Positions 13,396 to 26,924 of a stretch of DNA of 64,000 nt are shown in pieces. A model generated the notes under the pieces. That model ran no database searches. It had not been told where the DNA came from and was given only the letters and a program-made list of their open reading frames with translations. The DNA is from Paraspadella gotoi (lineage: Eukaryota > Animalia > Chaetognatha): the NCBI GenBank assembly GCA_051294375.1, contig CM119264.1:28686696-28750695 (forward strand). Reading direction: 5' to 3'. The number at the start of each line of letters is the position of its first letter. Within the stretch, counting starts at the first letter, position 1. A program made the position numbers and the translations under genes.

Positions 13396-14182
13396 AATTG
13401 ATTATATTTGCATTTCTTGCTTTGTTTTTTTTTTAAATTGACTGCTTTCTAGCTTTCTGCTTTCGAGCTGGAATAATCGAAATGAATTGTTTTCAAGACA
13501 AATTGAATGTTTGTTTGAAATAGTTAATGATTGTCGCCTTTGAGCTAATAAGATGGAATTTATTTAACGTGATATTTTTTTTAATTTTCCAAAGTTTTTA
13601 AAAAATAAAAATACTGGAAAAGAGCGATGGTTGAAAAACCAAATCACTTTACTTACGAAATTAAAAATAAAATTCTCCGAAAAAATGTTATTTATTTACA
13701 ACGGATCACAGTTGATGGTCACAAAAAAAAGGATGACAGGAAAAAAATTATGATTCTCTAATTCGAAACGAAATAACAGATATTGAAGATTAAGAATAAT
13801 TAAATTATTCACATAAAGAATATGTAAAAAAATATCTGACTTAGAATCATTTGTCTGCATTCGCTTTCTGCAGAAAGAGAGTAAAAAGAGAGGTCTGGCA
13901 GAAAGAGGGGTGAGAAAGGAAAAACGAGAGGAGTGAGGAAGAGAGGTGAGATCAAAAAGGAAGAGAGAAACAAAAAAACAAAACATTTCGGGGAAAAAAA
14001 ACATTGAACAACAAACTTGTGACGCTATTCTGACATTTTCGCAAAACTAATTGAATAATTCTTGAACGATAGTATTTTTTCTAAAAATTGATATGTAATT
14101 TTCATATGTCAATTTCTCTTCGATTAAATGATAAAAAAATAAAAGGTATTTTAGTGCCACACGACAGGACAAATTACTTATT

Positions 14183-14357
14183 TGCTAGTTTCAGAATCAG
14201 GATCTGACTGTAGCCCACCAGTACAGGTTGGTTAGACGTCCCGTCCCTCTTACTAGCATTGACACCTATGCCAATGCCATTGGCAATAGGGCGCGAACCC
14301 TTGACCGCCTGGTGGGAAGAGGGAATTCTCATTCTTACGCCAGCGGGGGTGGGCCGA
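14183..14357 (-). mobile_element. tRNA-headed SINE-like element with a degenerate type-P5 twister-like domain (14183-14258)
   Basis: Minus strand: A-box-like TGGCGTAAGAATG, B-box GGTTCGCGCCC, then P5 TGCTAGT/ACTAGCA, GAGG-GACGG, GACGTC, TAA, P3 CTGTA/TACAG, P4 TCAGA/TCTGA. The L4 loop is altered (TCCTGAT). Confidence 0.65.
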
Positions 14358-14454
14358 TGGACTGAATGTGTGAATGTGTTTCAATTTAATGGAATTTGAA
14401 ACTTTGATTTAAATTAAATTATATTAATTTAAAACAATTTAAAATTTCTAAACA

Positions 14455-15460
14455 TTAACGTCGTCGTTCGGGAGAGACGGAACGCGTTCTGCTTGATGTC
14501 GCCGCGGCGCGGTTGCAGGATTCCGCCGAAGCCGCGGCGGTGGCGCTGCCGGTTCGGCCGGCGGTGGCGCTGCCGGTTCGGGCGGCGGCGTCGATGCCGG
14601 TTCGGGCGCCGGTGACGCTGCCGGTTCTGACGGAGTTGTCGTCGGTAAAATAATGTGCATGGAAATGAGGAGATGTTATCGTCACCTGGAAAAGAAAAGA
14701 GAAAAAGACGAGAGAGTTTTTTGAGCAGCGGATAAAAACTCTTAGCGAAAAAACGATTTGAGTAAAACTGGAGTTGAATATTTTAAATAGTTTCAAAATA
14801 TATTTTTACATTGGGAGTTGTATGCATTGAATGTAGTTTTGAAAGCGAGAAATCGAAAGAAATTGTAGAAAATGATGAATGACTTTGATTTTGAATAAAT
14901 TTTTTTCGGCGACAACAAATGATTAATGGAGAAAGAAATAGCTCGTTTGGATCAATAAAATCAAATCAAACTTTATTGTTTTTGCCTTAAAGATTTTCAT
15001 CACTAAAAGAGTAACATTTATTTATTGTGTGAAAGTAAGAAAAAAAAAATAAGGAAATTACAGGGAGAGCGCCTTCTGACTTTGTCAACTCTTCCATTCC
15101 CTCGTTCATCTCTATTGCGACTTTTCGTTGTTCCTTTGTTTGTTTATAGGAGTCGAACCACAAATTCAGATGTCGCTTCACGTGATCTTGAACCTGAGAC
15201 GGGAAATATAGTTAATTACCAATAATCAGATATTGATGAAAACTAATCAGTGTTTGAATTTAATTTAGTTTGATATTTTAAGTTTATTTTAGTTTATTTT
15301 TATTTAATTTACAGCGATGAAAGGACGTCAATGAAGACCTGCTTGTTGAGAAAACAAAAGACGACGCCAACGACGATGCCTTGAACGTTGTGGGTGACGG
15401 CGTTGCATATTCTTGAAGAAATTAAAAATGTTAACATTTCATTAAAATTAATTATTGAAA

Positions 15461-15494
<34 letters not shown>

Positions 15495-17852
15495 CCTTCT
15501 GCTCTCAACCTGTAAGCCATCTCGTAGTCTTTGTCGCGAGGAGGACTGATGCCGAAGAGAACGTGAGTGACTCCGAGAAGCGGAACCAGAATTAAAACGG
15601 ATCGAATCGCTCTCCTGGGACGAGAGAAGAAAAGGAGGGAGAAAGAAAGGGAAAAAGAGAAGAAAGGGGGAGAGAGAGAGAAAAAGAGAGAAGAAAGGGA
15701 GAGTTAGGAGAAAGGGAAAGAGAGAAGAAACGGGGAGTTAGGAGAAAGGAAAAAAGAGAAGGAAAGTAACAAAGAGAAGAAAGGGAAAGGGAGAAAAAGA
15801 GGGGGAGAGAAAAAAAGGAAAATAGAGAAGAAAGAGGAGGAGAAAGAAAGGAAAAGAGAAAGAAGGGAAAATGAGAGAAACAAAGGAAAAGAGAAAGAAG
15901 GGAAAATGAGAGAAATAAAGGAAAAGAGAAAGAAGGGTAATGAGAGAAATAAAGGAAACTCGTGTCAATCACAGAGTTTAATATATACAAAGAAATAAAT
16001 ATTTAAAACTCACCGAACTTTCTGTCTCTCGGTGGCTTGCTCGGATCTCAATTTTGTCACCAAGATTCCTGAATCAATAAAAATAAATAAACTGCGACTC
16101 GCAATAAATTATCGAATCAACAAGATTTGTTTTCCAATATCCAATAGAGAAATGCGTTGTTAATAAGAGTCTTTCATTCGTAAATATATTTTTAAATGCA
16201 ATACGATGTCATTACCATATGATATACAGTATACAGTATAAACTCCTGCGATGATATATAATACATATATAATATACACGTGAAGAGACAGTAGTTATTA
16301 TTATGTGTTAGTGAGAGAACCGTTCAATATAAGCACTTTTTTAAGCAGTCCCTAAGCTTCGGATCAGGCTGTAACACCGAGTTACAGGCGGGTTAAGCGC
16401 CCCGTCCCTCTTAACTGCTAGGCGGCCACCGGGCTAGAACCCGGGACCTTTGGGATGGGAGGAGAATGACTTGCCTCCGGCACCAATGGCCGCTGATGAA
16501 CGGTTGGTGGATTTTAGTCCACCATACACGTAAGTGCAAGTTTTTCACTTTCATTATAGTTTTCGTAATTTCGATATTTAATTATAACTTTGATGTTTGA
16601 CATTTTATATTTATCAATATTCTTAAGTCGTCATTAAGTCTAATCCGTGAGGCAAACCTGATCTTTCACCAGCGTCACTCACGTCACGTGACCCCAAAGT
16701 GATTAACTCACCGGTGATGATGGCTAAGAATATGATGTTGAGACAGAGCGACGCCAGCATCGGTCCGCCGTAGATCCATTTCAAGCTGAGTTTCGAGTAC
16801 CCGTTCCAACATCGACCTAATTTCTCATCGGCTGCGGATAGAGGCGACAAATGTTTGATTGATTGATTGGTTGATTGATTGATTGGAGTTTTTAAAGAGA
16901 GGAAATGGGGGAGTAGGGAGAATTGGCCGGGGGGGGAAGGAGTTGAGAACTCGACTGTACCTCATTCGTTAGCGAATGGCAATGCATTGTGCATTGTACA
17001 AGGTAGATGGCTACAATGAAAAACCACGTTGAATCTTGATTCCCTAAACTGAAACCAATCTGCCAGTGCAACTCCACTAAAGCCTCCACCGCAGCCAGTG
17101 GCCTGAGCCACGGGTGAAGATTGAAAAGAAACTTGAGAAAAGAGTTTCGGAGTTTAAACCCAAACGAAAGGGAGTTTCTGCTTTTGACTCGAAATAAGTT
17201 TCCTTTCGCGCTGAGCCTTTTAAATCTCTTTCATTTTTAAAGAGGCGTGAGGTGAGGGGGAGGGGGAGTCTCGATGCTGTGTGCGCGTTGCACTGCGATC
17301 GGAGAATTGGAGAAAAATCGGATTTAAAAGAAATAAAGTTGTGGAAAATAAAATTCGAATAGAAGGTACGAAGAAAGAAAGCTACAATTGTGCCAAGGTA
17401 GGTTTGAAAAGTTTTTAATTTAAAGAAATGATATATTTTAGGTTTGTAAATATAATTGAGGAAACTGTAATTTAATGAGGAAAACGTCGGGTATAAAATG
17501 GAAATCCATAGGATGTCCAGAGAGAGTATATAGAGCTTGAGATCTAAAAAGAAAAGAATTGAGATGAAAAAACCTGGGAAAACTCGAGTGCAAAAATTAT
17601 AATAAATTGTATAAAACTGTTACGAGCAACGGAAATAAACAGTGAACGCGGTACGACAGACTTGCGGGGGAGGAGCAGGAGAAGGAGGAGGAGGAGGAGG
17701 AGGAGGAGGAGGAGGAATGACTGAAAAGTGAACAATTAACCTTCAAACGCAGTCGAGTTGTTTACTCGATAATTTTATTAATTCTTTTCTTTCAAAGCGT
17801 CGTTCATTGACGCCGTTGTTTCGATTCAATCTTTCTCTATTTTTCCTTTTTC

Positions 17853-17949
<97 letters not shown>

Positions 17950-18838
17950 TTAATCTATTCCATTTTCCACCCATTTTTATTTTTATTCCCTTCGAACGCA
18001 AAAAAAACCCCATCTTTTTCTTTCGTTTTATATGTCTTTTGTCTTTTTCCATCTTATCTTTTATTCATCGCGTATCTTTTTCACTCGCGTTCGAATTTAC
18101 GAGGCCATTTAGATCCTAAACCCGAATTTTCGTCTCGCGGCGGCGAAGGTGGAAAATCGTCACTATCGTCTCGCGTTTTTCAGGCCCATATATTCCAAAA
18201 GCGACCCGTTTCAGCTTAAATTAAGAATTAAGTCAGTTTTTAAATTTAACAACTAGGATATGGGTTAGGGTTAGGGTTAGATATTACGTTGGGAGTTTTA
18301 CTTTTTTCTCTCTAAATAAAAACGCAAGTAATTCTTAAGACAAGGATTAAGGTTATAAATAAATGTTATTAAATGTTATTAAATGTTATTAGGGTTAGAG
18401 GTTTGGGTAAAAAACTAGGTTATGTATTTATTAAAAAAATAACATTAAATATTGAAAGTAAAATTAAATTATGTGATTAGGAAGAGATATTGGCTGCTTT
18501 CAGGAAATAGTGCCCGTTTGTGCCGCGTAAAATTTATGGCTTTTAGTAAGTAGACTCGCAACCATAGAGCCGAAACATGTCAGTTTTATTTTACAAAAAA
18601 ATCGTTGTTTATAAACAATAAAAATGTTGTCTTCTCTAAACTTTTTAATTAAAAAAATGAAATTGTTTTCAGTCATGTTTTTCCGCGATCAGTCCGCTCT
18701 GTCTGTCGGTTTGTCTATCTTTCTACATGTTTACTATCTGTAATGACCAATGAGACATAAAGACATTCACCTCACCTTTATCCATCAAACTGATCGCCAG
18801 AACCCAAGCGCCGACTGGAATCGCGGGAAGAACTGTGA

Positions 18839-18910
<72 letters not shown>

Positions 18911-19668
18911 AATCCAAAATTATAAGTTCAAGATTAAGAATTTCCCATCAAAATAAGAATCATTATTACAAATTTGTCAACTCAACAAATGACGTCTCAG
19001 TCTTATTCTAACTTACCTCACCTTACTTATCTGTTTCTCATTTTCTCATTCTCTAACTCACCTCAAACCAATGACGATCGCTGTACATCCTTAAAACTGA
19101 CTCTTCATCCTTACCCGACGACCCCATCTAACTCACCCTACAAAATCCCTTGAAACTTACCCCAACCGATGATGATGTAGAGCCGCACATTTTCGTCGCT
19201 GGCGAAGACGTCGAAGGCGACCGACCTGACGATGTAGAGGCCTTCGTTCAAAGCCCAGAAGAAGTTCGCCTCCAACAAGTAAATGTTGAGGGCGACGAGA
19301 GATCGACACATCCATTCCTAAGTCGCCGGTTTATTCAATTTATTATTTATTTATCTGTTGCGAATATAAAATTGGTGTAACCAATTATAAAATTATCTAG
19401 TATTCATTCAATGAATAAGCTTAATGAGTTCATGAACCGTTTTAATTTTATAAATATTTTATTTTACTATGAATGGAATTACATTAAATGTAAAAAAAGT
19501 AGTCTTTATATTTTGAAAAAACTACTTCGTGCACTAAAGGTAAAAAAAGGACTAACGCCTCTTGCCCCCTCAAGGAAAAAAATCAGGATTGCACTTTCCG
19601 GAATAGATTCACTACAAATTTAATGGGAGAGTAGAATAAGTATCCATCTCAGACTCGGTGTCACTCTG

Positions 19669-19738
<70 letters not shown>

Positions 19739-22700
19739 ACCTTTATTTCCCTTTGATTAAAATAATGATAAATAAATTTATATGTAGAAACTAGAAACTT
19801 TTGATTTCGTTTCATTTAAAAACAGAAAAGGTATTTTTGTTTACAAAAACGAGTTTTCTCTCTAAAAATGATAAGGAAAAAAATGCGTAAGAATAATGTT
19901 TTCTGAAACTATACGAGAGGAACGATCATCAGATTCGATTAGGTTTAATGTTTATCTATGATTGGACGACTTAAAAAGTGTCATCTGGATTTAATCTAAT
20001 TTCATTCTTTCTTTTCCTTTTTTATTAATTTTTCTATTTTGAACGAATGAGCGTGGCAGACAAATTCTTCTAATCACAGCAGGATGATATCAGTTCTCAA
20101 AACTAGTATAGATCCATTTCTCACAGGATTATATTTACCTGTGACCGTAAAGATTCGTAAAACAAAATATAGACGAGAGAAAATAAGCATCTGTACAGAT
20201 AAGAATACGTGAGATGCTTATGAATGGTTATCCTCGGACAATGAAGCGCTCTGTGAGAGAAAATAAAAAAGGCTATATTGTTAACACGATAATACTAATT
20301 ATATTATAATCTATTGCAATCATGAAAAGTTTCTGAAAATTGTTTTACATATTAAATTAGTAGACCTGCTCTTTCTTATTTCTTTTTTTTTTTTTTTTAT
20401 GAAGTTTCGCGTTTTATAGTTTTCGTTTGTTTGCAATTGAAATTCGTAATTGGTTGCGTTTTGTTTCTCAAGAAAATTTCGAAATGTGGCTCAAGGAGAC
20501 CTTGGCCCAAGGCTTGGGTTTTAATCGCCCTTGTTTAATCGTTTTTTCTGGTTAAACCTAAACTTTTTAAATTTTTTAAACTTTTTAAATTAATATACTA
20601 ATAAACCGGAAGAAACAATTGGTTTTTGAAAAGCAAAACAAAATAAGGATCGGTCATTGCCCAAGACCCAGAACCCAGGTTGACCCCGTTAACCATCATT
20701 TCTCCTTTCAGTCGTTGGCGCCTCGAGAAAAGGCTAAAGGGAGAAAGATGGTTTGTTCGGTGAACCTGGGTGTTGCCCGCTACGAATATGACTCAAAATC
20801 TTGAATTTTGGATATTTGAAAAAATGTAGTTAAATATATTTAAAAAAATATGCACTTTAATGAATAATATGCATAATAATATGAATAATAATATGAATAA
20901 TATACTCAGAAACCAAATATTTAATTTATTATTTTCGCGTGAAAAATATTCCGCAGCTAACAAGTGCCACCGAGGATCAATAATCGCCCTTTGATATTTT
21001 TTAGTTGCACCGCGAGTACTCGCGGAGGAACTCTCTAAGTCAATTTTTGGTCAGTCGGTCGGTCTTTCAGATGTTTAAAATAATCATAACTCTAGTATTA
21101 CTGTATAAATTTAGTTACAATTTCGTATTGAGGAGATATACCATGAGATACTTAATGAGTTCAAATTTTACACTTGTGAAGTCACGTGAGCATCTGGAAC
21201 TGCGTCTACAAAAGAAAATAAATGCGACGCAACATATCAAACTTGCCGGTTCTCGTTGCTGTCATTTATTTTTACGGACACGCCCACTGAAAAGTGGAAA
21301 AGTGGGAAAGAAAACGATGATGAAGTCGTAGCCATCGTTTAAAGGAAAAAAGAAATAAGTATTTCTTTTTTCCTTTAAACGATGGGAGGGAAAAAAACAA
21401 AAAAAGAGAAAAAACCCAAACAAAAAATAAAAGTAAAGAATAACAATTTTGTCAAGATGGTACAGTAACTTTTTTCTTTACTCGATAAACTGGAGGACGA
21501 TATCCTCAAACTAGGAGTTGAAATCAGCTCATCTTTGAGTAATAGATGCAGGAAGGTTAGTTTGTGTCCCCATTGGACGGATTTTTAAAAAATTCAAAAA
21601 AATTGCGCTCAGCACCTCAAAATTTTTTTACAATATTTGCTCTAGCGCAGTTATTAATGAAGCTAGCCCTATCATTTTTTGCTCATAATACTCCTAGACG
21701 AGACCTACATAATGATGTAATAAATTTTTGAATTAATTTAATTTTTTTGTTTTAATAATTAATTTAGTCAAAATAATATTCAAATGTATTCTGAAAATAT
21801 CCAAAGTAATTGATTCTTTTTTTATACAAAATGATACATTGAACAAGAGCAGTTTTAATAAGTAAAAATAAAATTTTAAAAAATTATTTTAAATACCAAA
21901 AATATTTTTCCAATATTTAAAAAATACATTATAGTCTTAAAACTAATTAAAATATTTAAAAACTATAATTAGTTTGAAAGCAGACATCATGCTGATTCCA
22001 AATCTATTTTTGTTTTTAAAAATTTGATTTCTTGTTCTTGTTTACAGTCTCATACATTTGTAAAAATTAAGAAAATTGTCTCTTTTTTCAAAACCTTATA
22101 AAAAATGATTGGGTCCATGTTTTGGAAAAAAAATTTTAAATTAACTTTGAAAATGTAATATCTATTTGCTATCAAAATTTTAAATGAGAAGAATAAGATT
22201 TGCCAAAGATATCAAGGGAAGAAGTGTCATTATTTATATTTTTTATGAAAAAAAGAATAAGATTTTTTTTTAATAGGCAATTGAAGCATTCTCTATGGCC
22301 GAAGCGGCAAGGGCAGAGGTTCTTCAAAGACTAGGATTTAGTAAGACTTAAATTTTTTGCAATATTGAGGACAACCTCACAACATTTTGAGTTCACATAT
22401 TTTTTTTACTAACATTGCACAACCAAAGTCAGAGTTTTAATGCAGACATAAAGAGTAGACCTTTCCATATATGAAAAGTTTTCAAACAAAAAAACGTTTG
22501 TATAAAAAGGTGCCCATATATCATATGAATTTTTTGAATAATTTGTTTTCAAAAAAAAATTTACAGTAAATGTGGTCAACTCTTGAAAAAAATGAAAAAA
22601 AGGTAAAAAATTGACTTTTTCAATAAATATCTTTTAAAGATTTATTACTAACAGGGACGAAACCCATTCTCTCTTGTAGAGCGGAAAAAATTGACTATGT

Positions 22701-25700
22701 TACATACCTCGCATTATAAATTAAGTTTTTTTTCTTACCAAATAAATTTTTTTTAAACCTATTGTTTTTAGGCTATTTTTGATAATCTTTTAAAAAATGA
22801 TATTTTTAACAATGTTTGTGAAAGATTTAAAAAGAAAATTATGCTCAATTGAATAGAGAGATAATTGCCTTTGTTTTGCTAAAAGAATTTTTAAAAAAAG
22901 ACTATAGGTTAAAAACTTTTAAAATTAAAAAAAATTACTTACCTTAATAATTATTTTTATATTTAATAGGTTTGAACCTACGTTAAAAAAGAAAAGGGGA
23001 ATGCAACTTTTCTTACAGTAAATAAAAAATAGTACATTCTGATATCGTTTTGCTCAAACTTGATTAAATAATTTTATCACTTTTGTCAAATTTTGTCTTT
23101 TTATTTTATATAAACAATTTTTTAAAAAAAATCTTAAAAGTAGTATTGATCGAGCCAGCTAGCTATTAAAGAAAATTAATGAAAAACATCCGGGAAAAAA
23201 AAAGAAATAATTGATGTGATTACGAATTATTGATGTAATAGTAATTTATTGATGTAGTAGGAATTGATTATTGATGCGATGAATAACCAATTATTGACGC
23301 GATGATAACCAAATATTGATGCGATGATAACCAAATATTGATGCCGATTATAACCAATAATTGATGCGATGATAACCAAATGATTTAAGTGATGAATAAC
23401 CAAATGATTGATGCGATGTGAAAGAGTAAACGTCTGTGCATCTGCTCAAAACAAAATTAATTTAAAAAATTGGAAAAATTTTCTTGGAACGTGGTTCTGT
23501 TCACAAAAAAAGGGGTACGTGTGGTGAATATATTCAGTGAATATTATTCACACCATCTCACGTCCACAATCGTTCAGCACCATTTTTTGAGAGAGACTAG
23601 AAGTTATAAAAGAGTGTTCAATTTTGGCCGCCTTACTAGATATAATGCATGTTATCGGAATAATAATTTTATCAATTTTATGTATATTTGTAATACTTTA
23701 TAAGTATTTTTATTCAGTGAGTAAAATAACAACTTTTTTATTTGCTAATTTTTATCTTCGACCTCTCTCTCTCTCTCTTTCTTCCTCTCTCTTTTGCAAT
23801 TGCGACGATCCTTATGCTCATTTTTTCTGCTCTCTTGTGGCGAATTCCGCCGTTCTCTCTCTCTCTCTCCTCTCTCTCTTTGCAATTGCGACGATCCTTA
23901 TGCTTTTAGGATTTTTTTAACTTGCATTATTTTTCTGCTTGCATCATTTTTTCAACTTGCATAATTTTTTTAAATTGCATCATTTTTTCACATTAATTAA
24001 TTAATTAATTAATTCAAACATTTATTAGTAATCATAAATTAGTAATCATAAATAATAAAGATTCAAGTAAATGTGACTTATGTTTTTTCCATTTAAACTC
24101 ATTTCACTGGCACAATTCCGTCAAAAACTTTATATCTAGCTTTTTTCACACACTTTCCTACCCACTCCACAAAATTTAATTGCTCAATCTATTATGGGTT
24201 TAAAATAAGTAAAAAAATTCAAGTAAATGTGACTTATATTTTTTTCATTTAAACTCATTTCACTCGTACGTTTCCACCGAAACTTTATATCAAGCATCGT
24301 TACACATTTTTCTACCCACACAAAAATTTGAACTCAATCTATCCATCCCAATTATGATTAATTAGAGTACTTATTGGTTAAAAATAAGTAAAAATATTTT
24401 AGTAAATATCGACTTATGTTTATTTCCACTTAAACTCATTTCCACTCATACGATTCCGTCGAAACTTTATATCCAGCTTTATCAACACTTTCCTACCCAC
24501 ACACAAAAATTCATTCCAATCCAACCAACAATCATGAGTTATTGGAGCTTTTTGCTAAGGTGGGATGGATGGACGGATTGATTGACTGATTAATTAATTA
24601 TTGATTAATTAATTGACTATTTGATTAATTAACTGATTTAATTATTTGATTTATTAATACATGCCTGCATATACTTTAATATATAGAAAGGAAGAAAGAA
24701 TCATATTTCAATTAGTGAAACAGGTTTTTTGTTTTTTTTTAACCACTTAAACTTATTTCCCACTCAAAGAATGTATTACACTGATAAGAACTTGGTTTCC
24801 GGTTTCAATCACACTTTTCTACTCTACTACTATCAATTCCAGGTCAATTCGACCCCATCCACGTACTCATGAAGCAATTGGTGTTCAATAAGTGAATTAT
24901 AGTATTTTTTTTGTTTTTTCCATTAGTGAATTTCTAAGAGTCGGGATTCTGCTGATACAGATCCAGATCGACTAAAAACAACAAACACAATACTATAATT
25001 AAGTTTTTTTATATGTATCTTCCTATTCATCGTCTTCTGTATAAGATATGCATGTCGTAGTCCGATCTAGCGGGACAGAGCTGTGATTGGCAGCATGATT
25101 AGTTCGTTACTAGCTCTGTGGCTGTGTCTTGTTACCTTGATGACAATAAATATCTACCGTTCTTGAGTCTTACGTTCTTGTAGTTTCTTGATTATTTGAA
25201 AAAATGTAAAAATCCTATAACCAAAATAGTTTTGAGAACGCGCTCATCTTTGTGATTCGTAGACAAGATTTCTCGTCTAATGTATCATCGATTCTGTATC
25301 TTTATCTCTCTCTTGAGATTGAGACGATATGCTCTTATGACTGTTATGAAGAGTTTGAATAGTGTCCTTCTTAGTGAGTGACGTACGCGCCTCTACGATA
25401 GCTCCATTACGTGTTCATACTGTAAGTATATAAAAGCTATTGAAGGATGTATCAATTTATTAGTAAACCATTGATGGATGACTACCCCTACTACAAGATA
25501 GATTGGGTTGTACCTGTAGTATAAAGCTTTAAAAGATATTTATTAAAAGTCAATTTTTTAGCATTTTTTTTTCAGAGTTAGCAGCCATTTACTGTAAAAA
25601 TCTTTTGAAAAAAATATTCAAAAAATTCATATGATGTATGGGCACCTTTACCAATACTCGTTTTTTGATTTAAAAACTTTTCATGCATGGAAAGGTCTAC

Positions 25701-26891
25701 TCATTATGTCTGCATTAGACTTTGATTGTACAATGTTAGTAAGAAAAGATAGTGAACTCAAAATGTTGTGAGGTTTCCTCATATTGCAAAAAATTTAAGT
25801 CCTTACTAAATCCTAGTCTTCGAAGAACCTCTGCTCAGCTGCTTCGGCCATGAGAGAACGCTTCAATTGCCTATTAAAAAAAATCTTTTTTTTTCGTAAA
25901 AAATATAAATAATGACACTTCTTCCCTTGATATCTTTGGCAAATCTTTATCTTCTCATTTAAAATTTTTGATAGCAAGTAGATATTACATTTTCAAAGTT
26001 AATTTTAATTTTTTTTTCCAATCATTTTTTATAAGGTTTTGAAAAAGAGACAATTTTCTTAATTTTTACAAATGTATGAGACTGTAAAACAAGAACAAGA
26101 AATCAAATTTTAAAAAACAAAAATAGATTTGGAATCAGCATGATGTCTGCTTTCAAACCCTTTATAGTTTTTAAATATTTTAATTAGTTTTAAGACTATA
26201 ATATATTTTTATAAATATTGGAAAAATATTTTTGGTATTTAAAATAATTTTTTAAAATTGTATTTTTTATTTATTAAAACTGCTCTTGTTCAATGTATCA
26301 TTTTGTAATAAAAAGGAATCAATTACCTTGGATATTTTCAGAATACTTTTGAATAATTATTTTGACTAAATTAATTATTAAAACCAAAAAAATAAAATTA
26401 ATTTAAAAATTTTTATAACATCAATATGTAGGTCTCGTCTCGGAGTATTTATGAGCAAAAAATGATAGGGCAAGCTTCATTAATAACTGCGCTAGAGCAA
26501 ATATTGTAAAAAAAATTTTTAGGGTGCTGAGCGCAATTTTTTTGAATTTTTAAAAATCCCTCCGATGGGGACACAAGCTCACCTTCCTGCATCTATTACT
26601 CATAGCTGAGCTGATTCCAACTCCAAGTTTGAGAGATATCCACTCCCTCCAGTTTATCGAGTAAAGAAAAAATCGTATAAAATCCCCTTTTTCTTTTTCC
26701 TCTTTTTTTTTCTTTCACTTTTTAACAAAACCTTTTCCCTTAATTTTCCCTCTCAGTTTTTTTCCCTTTCTCTCCGACTTTCTTCCCATCCTGATCTTTT
26801 TCCCCTTTTCTTTTTCACTCATTTACATTTTTCAAATTCTCCAGTTTTTAGGTTTTTGACGCAGAAACACGACGACCTTAATAACGACGAA

Positions 26892-26924
<33 letters not shown>

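Larger units (their letters stand above)
21471..26672. mobile_element. Foldback-type structure: ~1.2 kb imperfect inverted arms (~21471-22685 and ~25485-26672) around a ~2.8 kb spacer with internal tandem repeats
   Basis: TTTTTCTTTACTCGATAAACTGGAGG...GATGCAGGAAGG...AGGTGCCCATA.ATCATATGAATTTTTTGAATA matches the reverse complement of the right arm. No ORF and no clear TSD. Confidence 0.85.

Noticed and set aside
16421-16493. Possible functional tRNA gene (also the heads at ~41545, ~41995, ~62700 and ~63102)
   Set aside because: A/B boxes are present but the D and anticodon arms are not canonical, and each is fused to a repeat body; treated as SINE-type heads.
16490-16535. CTGATGA followed by the hairpin TGGTGGA/TCCACCA on the + strand
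   Set aside because: No GAAA box or stem III, so not a supportable hammerhead.
16961-17102. Extra AG..GT-bounded segment inside a GPCR intron (ORF 16892-17089)
   Set aside because: It is 142 nt and hits a stop in the required phase; the flanking exons already join in frame.
18255-18285. (TTAGGG)n-like tracts here and at ~29270-29380
   Set aside because: Only a few degenerate units inside AT-rich interspersed repeats; not telomeric arrays.
18550-18585. GCCGAAACATGTCAG, the 3' half of a hammerhead
   Set aside because: No CUGANGA box upstream; at most a decayed relic.
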